Below, one piece after another: positions 1 through 13,333 of a DNA stretch of 64,000 nt (position 1 is its first letter; the number at the start of each line of letters is the position of its first letter). The position numbers and the translations under genes are program-made. The stretch is from Octopus sinensis (lineage: Eukaryota), in the NCBI RefSeq assembly GCF_006345805.1, contig NC_042999.1, forward strand, positions 20,150,001 through 20,214,000, given 5' to 3'. The notes under the pieces were generated by a model, which was given only the letters and a program-made list of their open reading frames with translations, had not been told where the DNA came from and did not search any database.

Positions 1-132
1 CCGAAACTCAGAGTTTTATCTTGGCTACCAAATAATTGTCACATATTATATTTACAGATAAATTCTCTATTTACATAATATTGATGTCTCTTTCTTTCTT
101 CTATCTTACAGTTTTTACCAATATGTATATAT

Positions 133-336
133 TCTTTTACCTGTTTTAGTCATTTAATAGCAGCCATGTTATGGCACCACCATTAGTCGAACAAATTGAC
201 CCCAGGACTTATTCTTTGTAAGCCTAGTGCTTATTCTATTGGTGTCTTTTGCCAAACCGCTAAGTTATGGGGATGTAAACACAAGTGATGGTGCGAGGAC
301 AAACACAGAGACACAAGCATATGCACATACACATAC

Positions 337-376
<40 letters not shown>

Positions 377-537
377 GGATGGGCTTCTTTCAGTTTCCGC
401 CTACCAAATCCACTCACAAGGCTTTGGTTAGCCTGACGCTGTAGGAGAAGACACTTGCCCAAGGTGCCATGCAGTGGGACTGAACCCTGAACCCTGTGGT
501 TGGTAAGCAACCTACTTATCACACAGCCACTCCTGCA

Positions 538-540
<3 letters not shown>
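133..540 (-). mobile_element. tRNA-derived SINE, family A (CORE-like, octopus OR-type), full length
   Basis: Reverse complement of the family consensus GGAGTGGCTGTGTGGTAAG (A box)...GGTTCAGTCCC (B box)...GGCACCTTGGGCAAGTGTCTTCT (CORE-like), internal (TA)n, 3' GACTGAAACAAGTAAAAGA tail. Confidence 0.9.
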
Positions 541-578
<38 letters not shown>

Positions 579-580
<2 letters not shown>

Positions 581-733
581 TCATCATCATTTAGCGTCTG
601 TTCTCCATGCTAGCATGGGTTGGACGGTTCAACTGGGGTCTGTGAAGCTGGAAGGCTTCATCAGGCCCAGTCAGATCTGGCAGTGTTTCTACGGCTGGAT
701 GCCCTTCCTAACGCCAACCACTCCGTGAGTGTA
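579..733 (-). mobile_element. 5'-truncated 3'-UTR fragment of the RTE LINE
   Basis: Matches 29880-30045; ends in (GAT)n tail abutting (TA)n. Confidence 0.85.
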
Positions 734-765
734 ATATACATATATATATATATATATACACACAT

Positions 766-1066
766 ACTCATAAGGTATTGGAATCTTATATGTATACTAT
801 TCTGCCTAAAAAAAAATGGATCTACAAATACAATATCCCTACATATCTTACATTATTTTCTTTCCTCCACCTCACTCTCTATTTTATATCTTATCTAAAT
901 TAATTATTTCTTAACCATCTTTTCACACCATCTCAGATGAAGGAATATAATAAATATCCTGGAAACAGCTGTAAGAACTGCTATCTATAAATGTTCTAAA
1001 ATCTACACAGCCTTGAATTTTTATCTCATTATGAAAAAAAATCATAAATATATACAGTGTTTTAAT
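766..1066 (+). mobile_element. (TA)n-flanked non-coding element with degenerate type I hammerhead motif (931-976)
   Basis: TCT-CAGATGA-AGG...CCT-G-GAAAC-AGCT-GTA-AGA; U4 replaced by A and one extra G before GAAA. Confidence 0.5.
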
Positions 1067-1326
1067 ATATGTCTATGAAGAGGTTTTCACTCAGGCAAAA
1101 ATCACAATGGTATCCCTTTCTTCTTGTTTATAGATTTGGTATGATATACAAATGGCCACTTTTATTTTGTGCTGTTTTAAATGCATCCCATGCATACACA
1201 CACACACACACACACAAACCTTTAAAGCTTCAATATCTGAGATCTGTTAAGAAGAATTTTTATATCCACCAGCCTATCACAGAAAATTAAACCTCCTTCT
1301 ACACTACTAACTTATTGTATTTTGTA

Positions 1327-1744
1327 GCCGTTCGCCAGCCTCGTCTGGCACCTGTGTCGGTGGCACATAAGAAAACATAAAAAACACCATCCGAGCATGG
1401 CCGTCTGCCAGCCTTGTCTGGCACCTGTGTCGGTGGCACATAAAAAACACCATCCGAGCATGGCCGTCTGCCAGCCTCGTCTGGCACCTGTGTCGGTGGC
1501 ACATAAAAAACACCATCCGAGCGTGACCGTCTGCCAGCCTCGTCTGGCACCTTTGTCGGTGACACATAAAATCACCCACTACACTCTTGGAGTGGTTGGC
1601 GTTAGGAAGGGCATCCAGCTGTAGAAACACTGCCAGATCTGACTGGCCTGGTGCAGCCTTCGGGCTTGCCAGACCCCAGTTGAACCGTCCAACCCATGCT
1701 AGCATGGAAAGCGGACGTTAAACGATGATGATGATGATGATGAT
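1327..1744 (+). mobile_element. RTE LINE 3'-UTR fragment with four copies of a 63-bp internal repeat
   Basis: Unit starts at 1328, 1401, 1464, 1527; followed by GGTTGGCGTTAGGAAGGGCATCCAGC and a (GAT)n tail. Confidence 0.9.
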
Positions 1745-2364
1745 ATATGGTTTTACCTTAACTTATTTTCTTTCATTTCTTCATTTTATTGTATCTTCTC
1801 TTGTGTTATGTTATTTCATGTTATTTTATTTCTTCTCATCTTTCTCCCTACCTTTTCTTTTAACAGTGTTACACTCTTATCTTACTAAATATATGAAATA
1901 TACTAAATATATATAGACAGAGATTTATAATAGTATAAAATACAATTATAATTAAGGCCATAGAAGAGACCATGTACATGCTGAAAATAGACACTAAATC
2001 ATCAAACCACTTTAAAATAATCACTTTTACAGTTCACAACATGTTTAAATCAACAGAGCAGATTTGTGTTTGCTTTCCTGTGGGCATGTATAAAATATCT
2101 CAATTATTTACTTAAGTATGCTTTGCCGACAAGGAAAGCTTATTAGACTAATCCAGAAATTGATCAATCCAAGGCTAACTATTTATGAATATCTGTGAGC
2201 CTAATCCCTCAAATTCAACATGCTGTGTCCTATAAAAGTGATAATTTTAAGTAGTTAGATAATTTAGTGTCTATATTATATACTATTATAAATCTCTATA
2301 TATGAATTCACTTTAATACGTCTATATCATATGCTGGCTACTGATAAAAGTTTTATACTTTATC

Positions 2365-2495
2365 ATTATTATTATTATTGTGTTTGACCTTTGCTTTATA
2401 TTTGTACAAGTTGGCTCCAAGTCTCAGCCAGAGACCTCAAGAAACAACAGGTTTGAAGTTCATGTTGTTCTTATGCCTAGTGTGCCATATATTTG

Positions 2496-2498
<3 letters not shown>
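2365..2498 (-). mobile_element. 3'-terminal fragment of R4/Dong-type LINE in an (ATT)n tract
   Basis: Reverse complement of 8060-8175 (GTCTCTTGAGGTCTCTGGGTGAGACTTGGAGCCAACTTGTAC). Confidence 0.7.
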
Positions 2499-2552
<54 letters not shown>

Positions 2553-2919
2553 TATATGAAATAAATTCCATGTTAACTTCAGCATAAAGTTTTACCTAAC
2601 AGCTTATTTAGATGGCTGAATAGGCCATTAGGCAAAAGATGAAGTCCCAGATAAAAGAGAATTTGTATTGAATTTGACTCTGTTCCTAGTACTGAGTCAA
2701 CCCTCATCAGTAAATGTTCTGTTTTTATTTTAGAACTTGGTTTTAAAAAGCTATTCTCTATTTCAAATTTAAATATATATACGTATGTATATGAGCGTAC
2801 TCATCACTCTCTCTCTCACTTGATCCAGTCATCTAGCTGGCCAGCTATTTAGTTATGTATGTACATATATGTGTGTGTGTGTATGTGTATGTATTTATAT
2901 CTTAAGATATATTTTATTA

Positions 2920-2959
<40 letters not shown>

Positions 2960-3136
2960 CATACATGTATGTATGCATGTACATACATATGTTTGTATGT
3001 ATGTATGTATTATATATGCACCTACATACATATATGCGTGTGTGTGTATATATCTATACATGCACAAGTAGACACACATATATCTATGTATTCAAATACA
3101 CACAGACAAACACATGCACACACAAGCAGAGACACA

Positions 3137-3192
<56 letters not shown>

Positions 3193-3269
3193 GGGAAAGA
3201 GACTATGAGATGAAATGTAATAGAAATATATTTTGTAAAGAAAGTTGTAAAAGGAAAATTTTTAATTTG

Positions 3270-3645
3270 TTTTTGTTTCTTGCATAATTTTTTCCTTCTT
3301 TTATCATCATCAAACCACCACCACCATCATCATCAACTTCATCACCGTCACCATCAACACGATCATCGTTGTCATGATCGTCATCATCATCATCATCACC
3401 GTCACCATTATCATCATCATCACCATCATCACCATCATCATCCTCATCCTCATCATCATCATCATTATCATCATCATCATCATCATCATCATCATCGTCA
3501 TCATCATCATCATCATCATCCTTTTCTTCTATTTTTTTGTTTCCTTCATAATTTTTTTCCTTCTTTTATCATCATCATCGTCATCATCAAACCACCATCA
3601 TCATCATCATAATCAACATCATCACCATCAACACGATCATCGTAG

Positions 3646-3682
<37 letters not shown>

Positions 3683-3857
3683 TTTCTTCTATTTTTTTTT
3701 GTTTCCTTCATAATTTTTTTCCTTCTTTTATCATCATCATCGTCATCATCAAACCACCATCATCATCATCATAATCAACATCATCACCATCAACACGATC
3801 ATCGTAGTCATCATCATCATCATCATCACCATCAACGCAATCATCGTCGTCGTCATT

Positions 3858-3902
<45 letters not shown>

Positions 3903-3925
3903 GTCATCTTCATTATCATCCTTTC
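3270..3925. repeat. (CAT)n-rich compound microsatellite with higher-order duplication
   Basis: TTTCCTTCATAATTTTTTTCCTTCTTTTATCATC anchor recurs near 3277, 3541 and 3703. Confidence 0.85.
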
Positions 3926-4259
3926 CCACCCTTTTTATATTATTTTTTATTCACTCTAAAAGAAATGGTTAGAATTCGCCATTGATTCTCGTTCGTCAAG
4001 TCTGCTGCCAGAATGACCTGTTCAAATCATTTATATTCTCATCGTTTTGCTATTCCCAGTTGCGCTTTAATTACACTTATTGATTGATCCTCTCGAAGAC
4101 ACAGAACAAGTCTATCCTGATGTTATTAGTGCTGAGTAATTGACCGAGCAACTGTGGCGCCAAGGAATCCATAACCTATCTGTTTTTCTCTCAAAGAGTA
4201 CAACTCTTCTTTGTTGATTCAACATGACCATTTCTCTGATTTTAATTACTTTCAAAATA

Positions 4260-5900
4260 AAACAATACACACACAGATACACACATAGCTGCTCATGCAT
4301 ACACACAAACACACCCATACATATTTATGTATATATTCACACAAACATTTATGTTTATAAACCCATGCATTACTACCGCCTCATACATACACAGAGACAT
4401 ATTCATGTATGTACATACACATACATCATATGCATATGCAAACACGTACACACACACACATACGCACAAACACACATATTTGTGTATATATCCACACAAA
4501 CATATTTATGTATATATCCACACAAACATTCATGTTTATAAACCTATACATTACTAAATCCTTGTACATACACATGGATACATTCACATATGCACACACT
4601 CACACACACATGCATACGTAAACACATACACACACATGCACACACACAAACACATACATATTTGCGTATATATCCACACAAACATTCATGTTTATAACCC
4701 CGTGCATTACTACTGCCTCATACAAACAGAGGGAAATATTCACGTACACACACACATGAATACACACATATGCATATGCAAACATATATACATACATGCA
4801 CATACACTTGCATGCACACACACAAACACAAACACACACACTCACACACATACACACATACACAAACATTCATGCCCATAAACTCATACATTAATACATG
4901 TGCATACACACATTCACATATACACACACATATATACATATATATAGACATATATACATACACAAACACATACACATACACACACACTCATATATACATG
5001 TATGATCACATATAAACATATGTACACGTGCACACATACACACACAAACACAGCCACACATATATATATGCATGCATATATTCACGCTACCATTCATGTA
5101 CACAACCTTATACATCAATACATCCGCATTCATGCACATGCACACACACACAGAAACGTGAACACACGCATGCATGCATGCAAACACCACATACAAACAA
5201 ATGCATGTACATGTATATGCACATGTACACACATGTACACACATGCATGCACACAGACAAATATAAAAAATGCGTGTACATGCATACACACATGCACACA
5301 GATTCAAATACCCACACACGTGCACACACACATGCACACATGCATGCAGACACAAAGACAAACAAATGCATGTACACGCATACACACATGTACACACATT
5401 CAAACACACACACACACGTGCACACACACATGGACACATCCATGCAGACACAATGACAAACAAATGCATGTATATACATACACACATGCACACACTTTCA
5501 AACATACGCACACACGTGCACACATACTCACATGCATGCAGACATAACATACAAACAAATGCATGTACACGCATACACACATGTACACACATTCAAACAC
5601 ACATACACACGTGCACACACACACGTGCACACATTCATGCAAACACAAAGACAAACAAATGCATGTACACACACACACACGTACACACATTCAAACACAC
5701 ACACACACGTGCACACATGCATGCAGACATAAAGGCAAACAAATGCATGTACACACACACACATGCACACACATACAAACACACACACACATGCACACAC
5801 AAGCTTGCACATTCATTCACGCACACGCAATCACTCACGCATACATATATACGTACATATTCACACAACCATTCATGCACATAACATCATATACCTACAC
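4260..5900. repeat. CA/TA-rich cryptic minisatellite region
   Basis: Recurring ~170-190 bp (4330-4760) and ~100 bp (ACAAACAAATGCATGTAC; 5186-5760) units built from CA dinucleotides. Confidence 0.85.
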
Positions 5901-6084
5901 ATCCACATAGTGACGTGTACACATCCAAACAAATCAAAAACAAAATTAAAAGCAAAAAATATCCTCAGTGGAAAAAAACCCTAAAAGATAAGGAGTAAAA
6001 AACAAAAACATGTGAAGATAATCATAAATACAGGATTGAAAATAGCAATAAAAAATGAATAAAAAATAATTAAATAACCAAAAC

Positions 6085-6910
6085 CATGGTTGATTTGGTC
6101 GCTCTGGTTGATGTTGAAATATGGTAGTGGTAGTGGTTGCAGTGGTGGCAGAGGAGGTGGTAGAGGTGGTGGTGGTGGTTGGTGGTGGTAGATGTGGTGA
6201 TAGTGGTTGTGGTGGTAGTAGTGGTGGTGGTGGTGGTGGTAGCGGTGTTGGTCATTTTCGTAGTGGTGGTGGGTGTGGTGGCGGTGGTTGTAGTGGTGGT
6301 GATAGTGGTGGTGGTAGTGTTCGTGGTGGTGATGGTAGTGTTCGTGGTGGTAGTGGTGGTGGTCATTTTTGTAGTAGCAGTGATAATGTAGTGGTGGTGG
6401 TTGTGGTGGCGGCGGTTGTGGTGGTGGTGATAGTGGTGGTGATGGTTGTGGTAGTGGTAGTGTTCGTGGTGGTAGTGGTGGTGGTCATTTTTGTAGTAGC
6501 AGTGATAATGTAGTGGTGGTGGTTGTGGTGGCGGCGGTTGTGGTGGTGGTGATAGTGGTGGTGATGGTTGTGGTGGTGGTGGTAGTGTTCGTGGTGGTAG
6601 TGGTGGTGGTCATTTTTGTAGTAGCGGTGATAATATAGTGGTGGTGATTGTGGTTGCTGCGGTTGTGGTGATGGGGATAGTGGTGGTTGTGGTAGTGTTT
6701 GTGGTGGTGATGGTAGTGGTGGTCATTTTTGTAGTGGTGGTGTTCGTGGTGATAGTTGTGGTAGTCATGGTCAATGTTGTTGGTTGTGGTGATGATGGTG
6801 GTAGTGATGGTGGTGGTAACAGTGTTGGTCATTATTGTAGTGGTGGTGATAGTGTAGTGGTGATGGTTGTGGTAGAGGTGTTTGATGTTTTTGGTGGTGA
6901 TGGTGATTGT
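6085..6910. repeat. (GGT/GTG)n compound minisatellite, ~120-bp period
   Basis: GGTCATTTTTGTAGTAG anchor near 6361, 6483, 6609 and 6721. Confidence 0.85.
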
Positions 6911-7138
6911 GGTGAGCTGGCAGTAACGTTAGCACACCGGGCAAAATGCTTTGCAGTATTTCATCCACTGCTGGTTCTAAGTTCAAATTCCACCGAGATT
7001 GACTTTGCATTTCATCCTTTTGGGGTCGATTAAATAAGTACCAGTTACACACTGGGGTCAATGTAATCGACTTAATCCGTTTGTCTATCCTTGTTTGTCC
7101 CCTCTGTGTTTAGCCACTTGTGGGCTGTATAGAAATAG
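6911..7138 (+). mobile_element. tRNA-derived SINE, family B (Nin/Deu-like central domain)
   Basis: GAGCTGGCAG...GTTCAAATTCC head followed by TTTGCATTTCATCCTTTTGGGGTCGATTAAATAAGTACCAG, which resembles the Nin/Deu domain. Confidence 0.8.
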
Positions 7139-7424
7139 ATGGTGATAGTGGTGGTGGTTGTAGTGGCAGTGGTTGTGGTGTTGGTGGTAGCGGTGGTGGT
7201 TGATGCTGAAATTATTGTTCCAGTTGTAGTGGTTGCAGTTGATACTGAGGTCTTTAATGGTGGTGATAGTTGATGCTAAAATTGCTGTAGTGGTGGTAGT
7301 AGTAGTGGTGGTGGTGCTGGTGGTAGTGCTGGTGGTGGTGCTGGTGGTTATTTTGGTGGTGGTGGTGGTGGTGCTGTTAGTAGGGAAGGTTAAATGATGT
7401 CTAAATAGTGGTGGTGGATGCTGC

Positions 7425-7805
7425 AGTTGTTATTGTCGTTGACCTTAAACAGTTGAGCATGTCCCTTAGTGGCTGACAATATGTGCATCTCTGATCACGA
7501 GCAGAAAATGTGGAGAGAAATTCTTTGAGGTTTAGATAATTCACCTCTGGAAACATGTGTGTTTTGTTTATCAGGGACCTTTTGAGTAGGATGAGCTCTT
7601 CGACCTGAAGAACATTCTAACTGGGCCCCACCTGCAAGGTCATGTGCTGTTTACCTTGATATGAGTTCACTATGTTGTGCACATATGGTTGAGATGCATG
7701 TGCCTGGTGTACCCTTATCATGCGGGTTGTCATGATGGGTATACTGTTCTTCATATATTTTACCCCAGCATCATTTTGATGGCATGCAGTGCTCTCTCAC
7801 TCAAT
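7425..7805 (+). repeat. Interspersed repeat of unassigned class ending in a GAT/AAT tail
   Basis: Higher-complexity, GC-richer block ending CTCTCTCACTCAATGATGAT; recognised from memory as an abundant octopus repeat; no ORF. Confidence 0.45.
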
Positions 7806-7874
7806 GATGATGAGGATGATGATGATAATAATAATAATAATAATAATATTAATAATAATAATAATAATAATAAT

Positions 7875-8190
7875 GCCCTGATTCAGATACCAGGAAACCC
7901 CAAAATGGCAGAAATTCAAAAGATAGTGCTCATGGGAACTGCTCATATCCTACGCAAAATACTCTCCATGTAATCCCAAGGTTTAAAACAAACATTTTTT
8001 AAAAAATTTATTTATTAGACATTCACTAGTACAACATCAAAAAAACCCCCCCAAATATATGGCACACTAGGCATAACAACAACGTGAACTTCCAACCTGT
8101 TGTCTCTTGAGGTCTCTGGGTGAGACTTGGAGCCAACTTGTACAGACATAAAGCAAAAGTCAAACATAGAATAATAATGATAATAATAGT
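7875..8190 (+). mobile_element. R4/Dong-type non-LTR retrotransposon, C-terminus and 3' UTR
   Basis: Encodes EIQKIVLMGTAHILRKILSM*, typical of the end of an RLE-type ORF; AAT tail. Confidence 0.75.
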
Positions 8191-8202
8191 AACAACAACA
8201 AT

Positions 8203-9135
8203 AGTCCTGACCTAGAAAGATTGCAAGGATAAAGCACTGTATAAGCAATTGAAAACAATTGAAACAGAAAATAGGTGGGTAAAGAAAGATGGCATGAACA
8301 ATTTCATAGGGATGTTGAAGATAAGACAGCCAGGTAAAAAACATGACTATGGATGACTAAAAGTGATTTAAAACTGGAAACGGAGGCTCTAATCTGTGCT
8401 GCCCAAGAGCAAGCACTAAGAACAAATTAAATATAGAATTGACAGAACATCAGGAAGTGATAAGTGCAGAATCTGTGGACAAAATAGTGAAACTGTAAGG
8501 CATATTACCAGCCAATGGGCGCCACTAGCCCAGAAGGAATATAAGAGATGCCACAACAATATAGCCAGGCTTGTCCACCGGACACTCTGCAACAAGTATT
8601 GATTTGACGGAGTAAAAAATTCATACAACCACAAACCCAAAGGCATCATTGAAAATGATAATGCAAAGAGCCTGTGGGATTTTATGATTCAGTGCGACCA
8701 TGGGATAGAGAATAGGAAATCAGACACAGTCTTAATTGAGAAAGAAAGCAAACTATGCTGGATCATGGATATAGCTTGCCCAGCTGACAACAAGGTATGT
8801 GATATGGAAGAATGAAAAGTTGATTAATATGACAGGTTAGCTTGGGAGGTTAAGCAGTTGTGGTCGATAAATAAGGTGGTAGTAGTACCAATAATTGTTG
8901 GAGCCCTGGGAACAGTGAGTAAAATTCTTGAGAAGTACAAGGAACAAATAGGGGCTGCAGTAAGGGTGGAGTACTTGCAGAAAATATACTGCTTGGAACC
9001 ACTCGAATACTCCGGAAGGTGCTTGAAAAATAAGAGATGATACCTTGGTTCACTGGTAGTGAACAGCTAACACTGTAATACATCTCCAGTGTTAGAAGCT
9101 GTGCAAAGTCAATAATAACTATAGTAATAATAATA
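8203..9135 (+). pseudogene. Decayed R4/Dong-type LINE 3' region (zinc knuckle plus restriction-like endonuclease), second family
   Basis: WMTKSDLKLETEALICAAQEQALRTN, DKCRICGQNSETVRHITS, DFMIQCDHGIENRKSDTVLIEKE, WIMDIACPAD, VVVVPIIVGALG; several stops and frameshifts. Confidence 0.85.
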
Positions 9136-9256
9136 ATACTCCATAAACAGTGTCAAAATACTTTTTAATTTACATAACAACAAACACCTTCTACTGTCAT
9201 TTTAACATCATACTATCATCTTATAATTAAAACACGTTATCATCTTATAATTAAAT

Positions 9257-9672
9257 CATAGGAGTGGCTGTGTGGTAAGTAGCTTGCTTATGAATCACAT
9301 GGTTCTGGGTTCAGTCCCACTGCTTGGCACCTTGGGCAAGTGTCTTCTACTATAGCCTTGGGCTGACCAAAGCCGTGTCAGTGGATTTGTTAGACGGAAA
9401 CTGAAAGAAGCCCAAATATATATATATATATATAGGTATGTGTGTGTATACATTTGTGTGTCTGTGTTTGTCCCCCCAACATCGCTTGACAACCAATGGT
9501 GGTGTGTTTACATCCCTGTAACTTAGTGGTTTGGCAAAAGAGACCGATAGAATAAGTACTAGGCTTACAAATTATAAGTCCTGGGGTTGATTTGCTTGAC
9601 TAAAAGCAGTGCTCCAGCATGGCCACAGTCAAATGACTGACACAAGTAAAAGAGGAAAAGAGAGTAAAGAGA
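9257..9672 (+). mobile_element. SINE family A, full length
   Basis: Consensus match including A/B boxes, CORE-like motif and internal TA/TG tract. Confidence 0.9.
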
Positions 9673-9724
9673 ATTATCTTTAAATTTAACTTCTAATTTA
9701 CTTATGTTTTAACAGACATTCACT

Positions 9725-9870
9725 TGAAGAATGCTATGTGCAAAACTAAATATATGGCATCCTAGACATAACTCCAACTTGAACTTCTAACTCGTCTCTT
9801 GAGGTCTCTGCATGAGACTTGGAGTCAACTTATACAAATACATAGCAAAAGCCAAACATACAATAATAAA
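9725..9870 (+). mobile_element. R4/Dong-type 3'-tail fragment
   Basis: Similar to 8060-8175; runs directly into the (AAT)n array. Confidence 0.7.
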
Positions 9871-9985
9871 AATAACAAAAATAATACTACTAATAATAAT
9901 AATAATAATAATGATAATAATAATAATAATAACAATAATAATAATAATAATAACAACAACAACAACAACAACGATGATGATGATG

Positions 9986-10024
<39 letters not shown>

Positions 10025-10047
10025 TAATAATAACAATAATATAATAA

Positions 10048-10090
<43 letters not shown>

Positions 10091-10136
10091 AATAAACAAT
10101 AATAATAACAATAATAATAATAATAATAATAATAAC

Positions 10137-10168
<32 letters not shown>

Positions 10169-10178
10169 CAATAATAAT

Positions 10179-10209
<31 letters not shown>

Positions 10210-10226
10210 TAATAATAATAATAATC

Positions 10227-10257
<31 letters not shown>

Positions 10258-10394
10258 ATAATAATAATAACAATAATAATAATAATATAATAATAATAAT
10301 AAAAATAACAATAAAATAATATAATAATAATAATAATAATAATAATACTATAATAATAATATAATAATAATACTACTAATAATAATAATACTAC

Positions 10395-10448
<54 letters not shown>

Positions 10449-10504
10449 TAATAACAATAATAATAATAATAACAACAACAACAACAACAACAATGATGAT
10501 GATG

Positions 10505-10544
<40 letters not shown>

Positions 10545-10560
10545 TAATAATAATAATAAC

Positions 10561-10652
<92 letters not shown>

Positions 10653-10693
10653 CAATAATAATAATAATAACAACAACAACAACAATAAAGATG

Positions 10694-10745
<52 letters not shown>

Positions 10746-10845
10746 CTACAGCAACAACGACAATAAAGATGATAATAATAATAATAATAATAATAATGAT
10801 AATAATAATAATAATAGTAAAAATAACAATTACAGCAACAATAAT
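9870..10845. repeat. ~1 kb (AAT)n microsatellite
   Basis: Direct reading; AAC/GAT/ACT interruptions. Confidence 0.95.
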
Positions 10846-11026
10846 ATGCAAACGCTTCCCTTGCACTCCGACAAAAAAATTCCAGACTCAAGAAACCATA
10901 AAATGGTAAATCCAGACTAAAGGAAATGAATGATAAATAAATATATATAAATGCATCGTCTATTGTTTTTATTCCTCATTCTTGGTTTTTATGCTTGTTC
11001 TCTGTCAGTGCTCGCTCGTTTTTCTT

Positions 11027-11107
11027 TATAATTATTATTATTATTATTATTATTATTATTGAGTGAGAGAGCAGTGCTATTGTAATTATTATTATTATTA
11101 TTATTAC

Positions 11108-11147
<40 letters not shown>

Positions 11148-11331
11148 GTTATTATTATTATTACTACTACTACTATTATTATTATCACCACTACTATTAT
11201 TATTATTATTACTATTATTATTATTATTAATATTATTATTATTGTTATTACTATTATTATTGTTATTACTATTATTATTATTATTATTATTATTTCTATT
11301 ACTATTATTATTATTATTGTATTTTTTATTA

Positions 11332-11380
<49 letters not shown>

Positions 11381-11509
11381 GTTATTATTATTATTATTGA
11401 TATTATTATTTTTACTACTACTACTATTATTATTATCACCAATACTATTATTATTATTATTACTATTATTATTATTATATTATTACTATTATTATTATTA
11501 TTATTACTA

Positions 11510-11540
<31 letters not shown>

Positions 11541-11574
11541 TACTATTGTTATTATTGTTATTATTATTGTTATT

Positions 11575-11605
<31 letters not shown>

Positions 11606-11625
11606 TTATTATTGTTATCATTAAT
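11027..11625. repeat. ~600 bp (ATT)n microsatellite, opposite orientation to the preceding array
   Basis: Direct reading. Confidence 0.95.
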
Positions 11626-12527
11626 ATATGGTGCGTTTGTTTGTGTCTCAACTGTAAGTGAGTTTGTCTCGATTGTGAAACCTCTGGAAATAGACAATTT
11701 TTTCTTTTGTAGTATTTGCATATTGACATAAGAAAAAAACTGTTGTTCAAATTAAGTTTCTGTTGTGACTGTGTTTGTGTCTGTGTGTCTATGTATTGCT
11801 CCATTATTTTTAGCAATCGTTTTTCTATTTTATATTTATTCAATCTCTTTTTTTTTTAATGTGGGTGTGTTGCTGCCGGTCTAGTTGAGAGGAACATCGG
11901 TTCCTTGTTCTAGTCGGTTTGCTATATTTACCAAAACCAAATAAATAAAAAAAATGCCAAAAATAAACAATTTGGAAAACAAACAAAAATCATTATTTTA
12001 ACATTTTATTTTTCATGTATTATTTTTAATTTTCAATTTTTTTATATATATATTATATATTTTATATTTTTTTATATTAAATTTCTTTTTCACAATTTTT
12101 TTTCTCGTTTTTCTTATTCCTATTTTCATGCTCTGATGCAAATTAAATCTGACTTTTAAATTTTCGCAATCATTTCAGTCAATTCAACTTTTAAATTGAA
12201 GAATATATAACAGTTCCAAGGGAGAAAAACCAAAATCTTTATGCAAAGACAAAAACAAACAAAGAATAACAAATACACATGCAAAACAACTAGCAATGCA
12301 AAATACAAAATAAAATAAAAACAAACGTAGAAGTTTCTCTGCTTTTCCTTTTCTTACATTTTACATACAGTTTTAAGAACTTCAGCAAATACTGTCGCTA
12401 TGATATCAGAGTCTATTGTAATTTGATCAGTTTAAGGCACCAAGAAAAAGACCCCTGATATGTGTGTGTTTGTGTGTATGTATATATATACATATATACA
12501 TACATATATATATGTGTATGTGTGTGT

Positions 12528-12566
<39 letters not shown>

Positions 12567-13333
12567 CATACATACATATACATACGATGGCCAGATTGGA
12601 CCAATCTCAAGTACAACCAGCAGAAATTGCGAAAATAATCTGGAACTTGACTGAAGAAAACTCCAGATGACCTCTCCTTGTTTTTTGTATAATCTGTCTG
12701 GATGTTTTGCGTTCTTATCATATTTCTGGTATTCCTTTTTATATAAAATTAGTGGCATATGTACACTTTGGTCTCTTATATATATATATTTTATAATTTT
12801 ATAACTTTTAAAGGTATTTTAATATACTGCCACTTTTGATGAAATTTTTTTCTGAAAAAAATTTTATCCTATATTAATTGTAGTAGTATATATGTATGTA
12901 TGTATGTATGCCTCTTTTGCCTAAATATAATACACGCTTTTTTAATTGTATCAAAAAATTGTCATGAATTTAATGTGGCACACATTATAGATGAGAGATT
13001 GAGTGTTGTAAGGTAAAGTAAGAGATGAGTCTAAGTCCATCTGCCAAAATTGTTGCTACTGATAATGAAATATAGGAAACCAAACAAAATATGGCTTCTT
13101 GAACAAACTTACTATAAATTTCTTACATTTTGTTTTGTCAGCATATACATGGGGAAGCCACCTTATCTTATTATACCTCGTTCCCCACATACATAGGCCA
13201 CATCTGAGGTGTAGCTTACATTATCTAACGACTGTGTTACCTTTAAGCACCACCTTCTAATTATCTAAATGAAAAATTCTCCATGGGAAACAAATAGAAT
13301 GTTAAATATTCATCTACCTGCAAGTTATATTCC

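Noticed and set aside
1328-1570. 63-bp tandem repeats resembling a CRISPR array
   Set aside because: No unique spacers, eukaryotic context, and the unit is part of the RTE 3' UTR
4126-4179. Minus-strand IGYGFLGATVAR, Rossmann GxGxxG-like
   Set aside because: Stop after 17 codons, poor splice context, no extension
11654-11712. GTAAGT...TTTTCTTTTGTAG 59-nt intron-like segment
   Set aside because: The upstream flank is an ATT array and no coherent exon reading frame results
12580-12740. Unique segment with short ORFs and a minus-strand GTATGT donor-like site
   Set aside because: The donor coincides with the start of a microsatellite; no clear acceptor or homology
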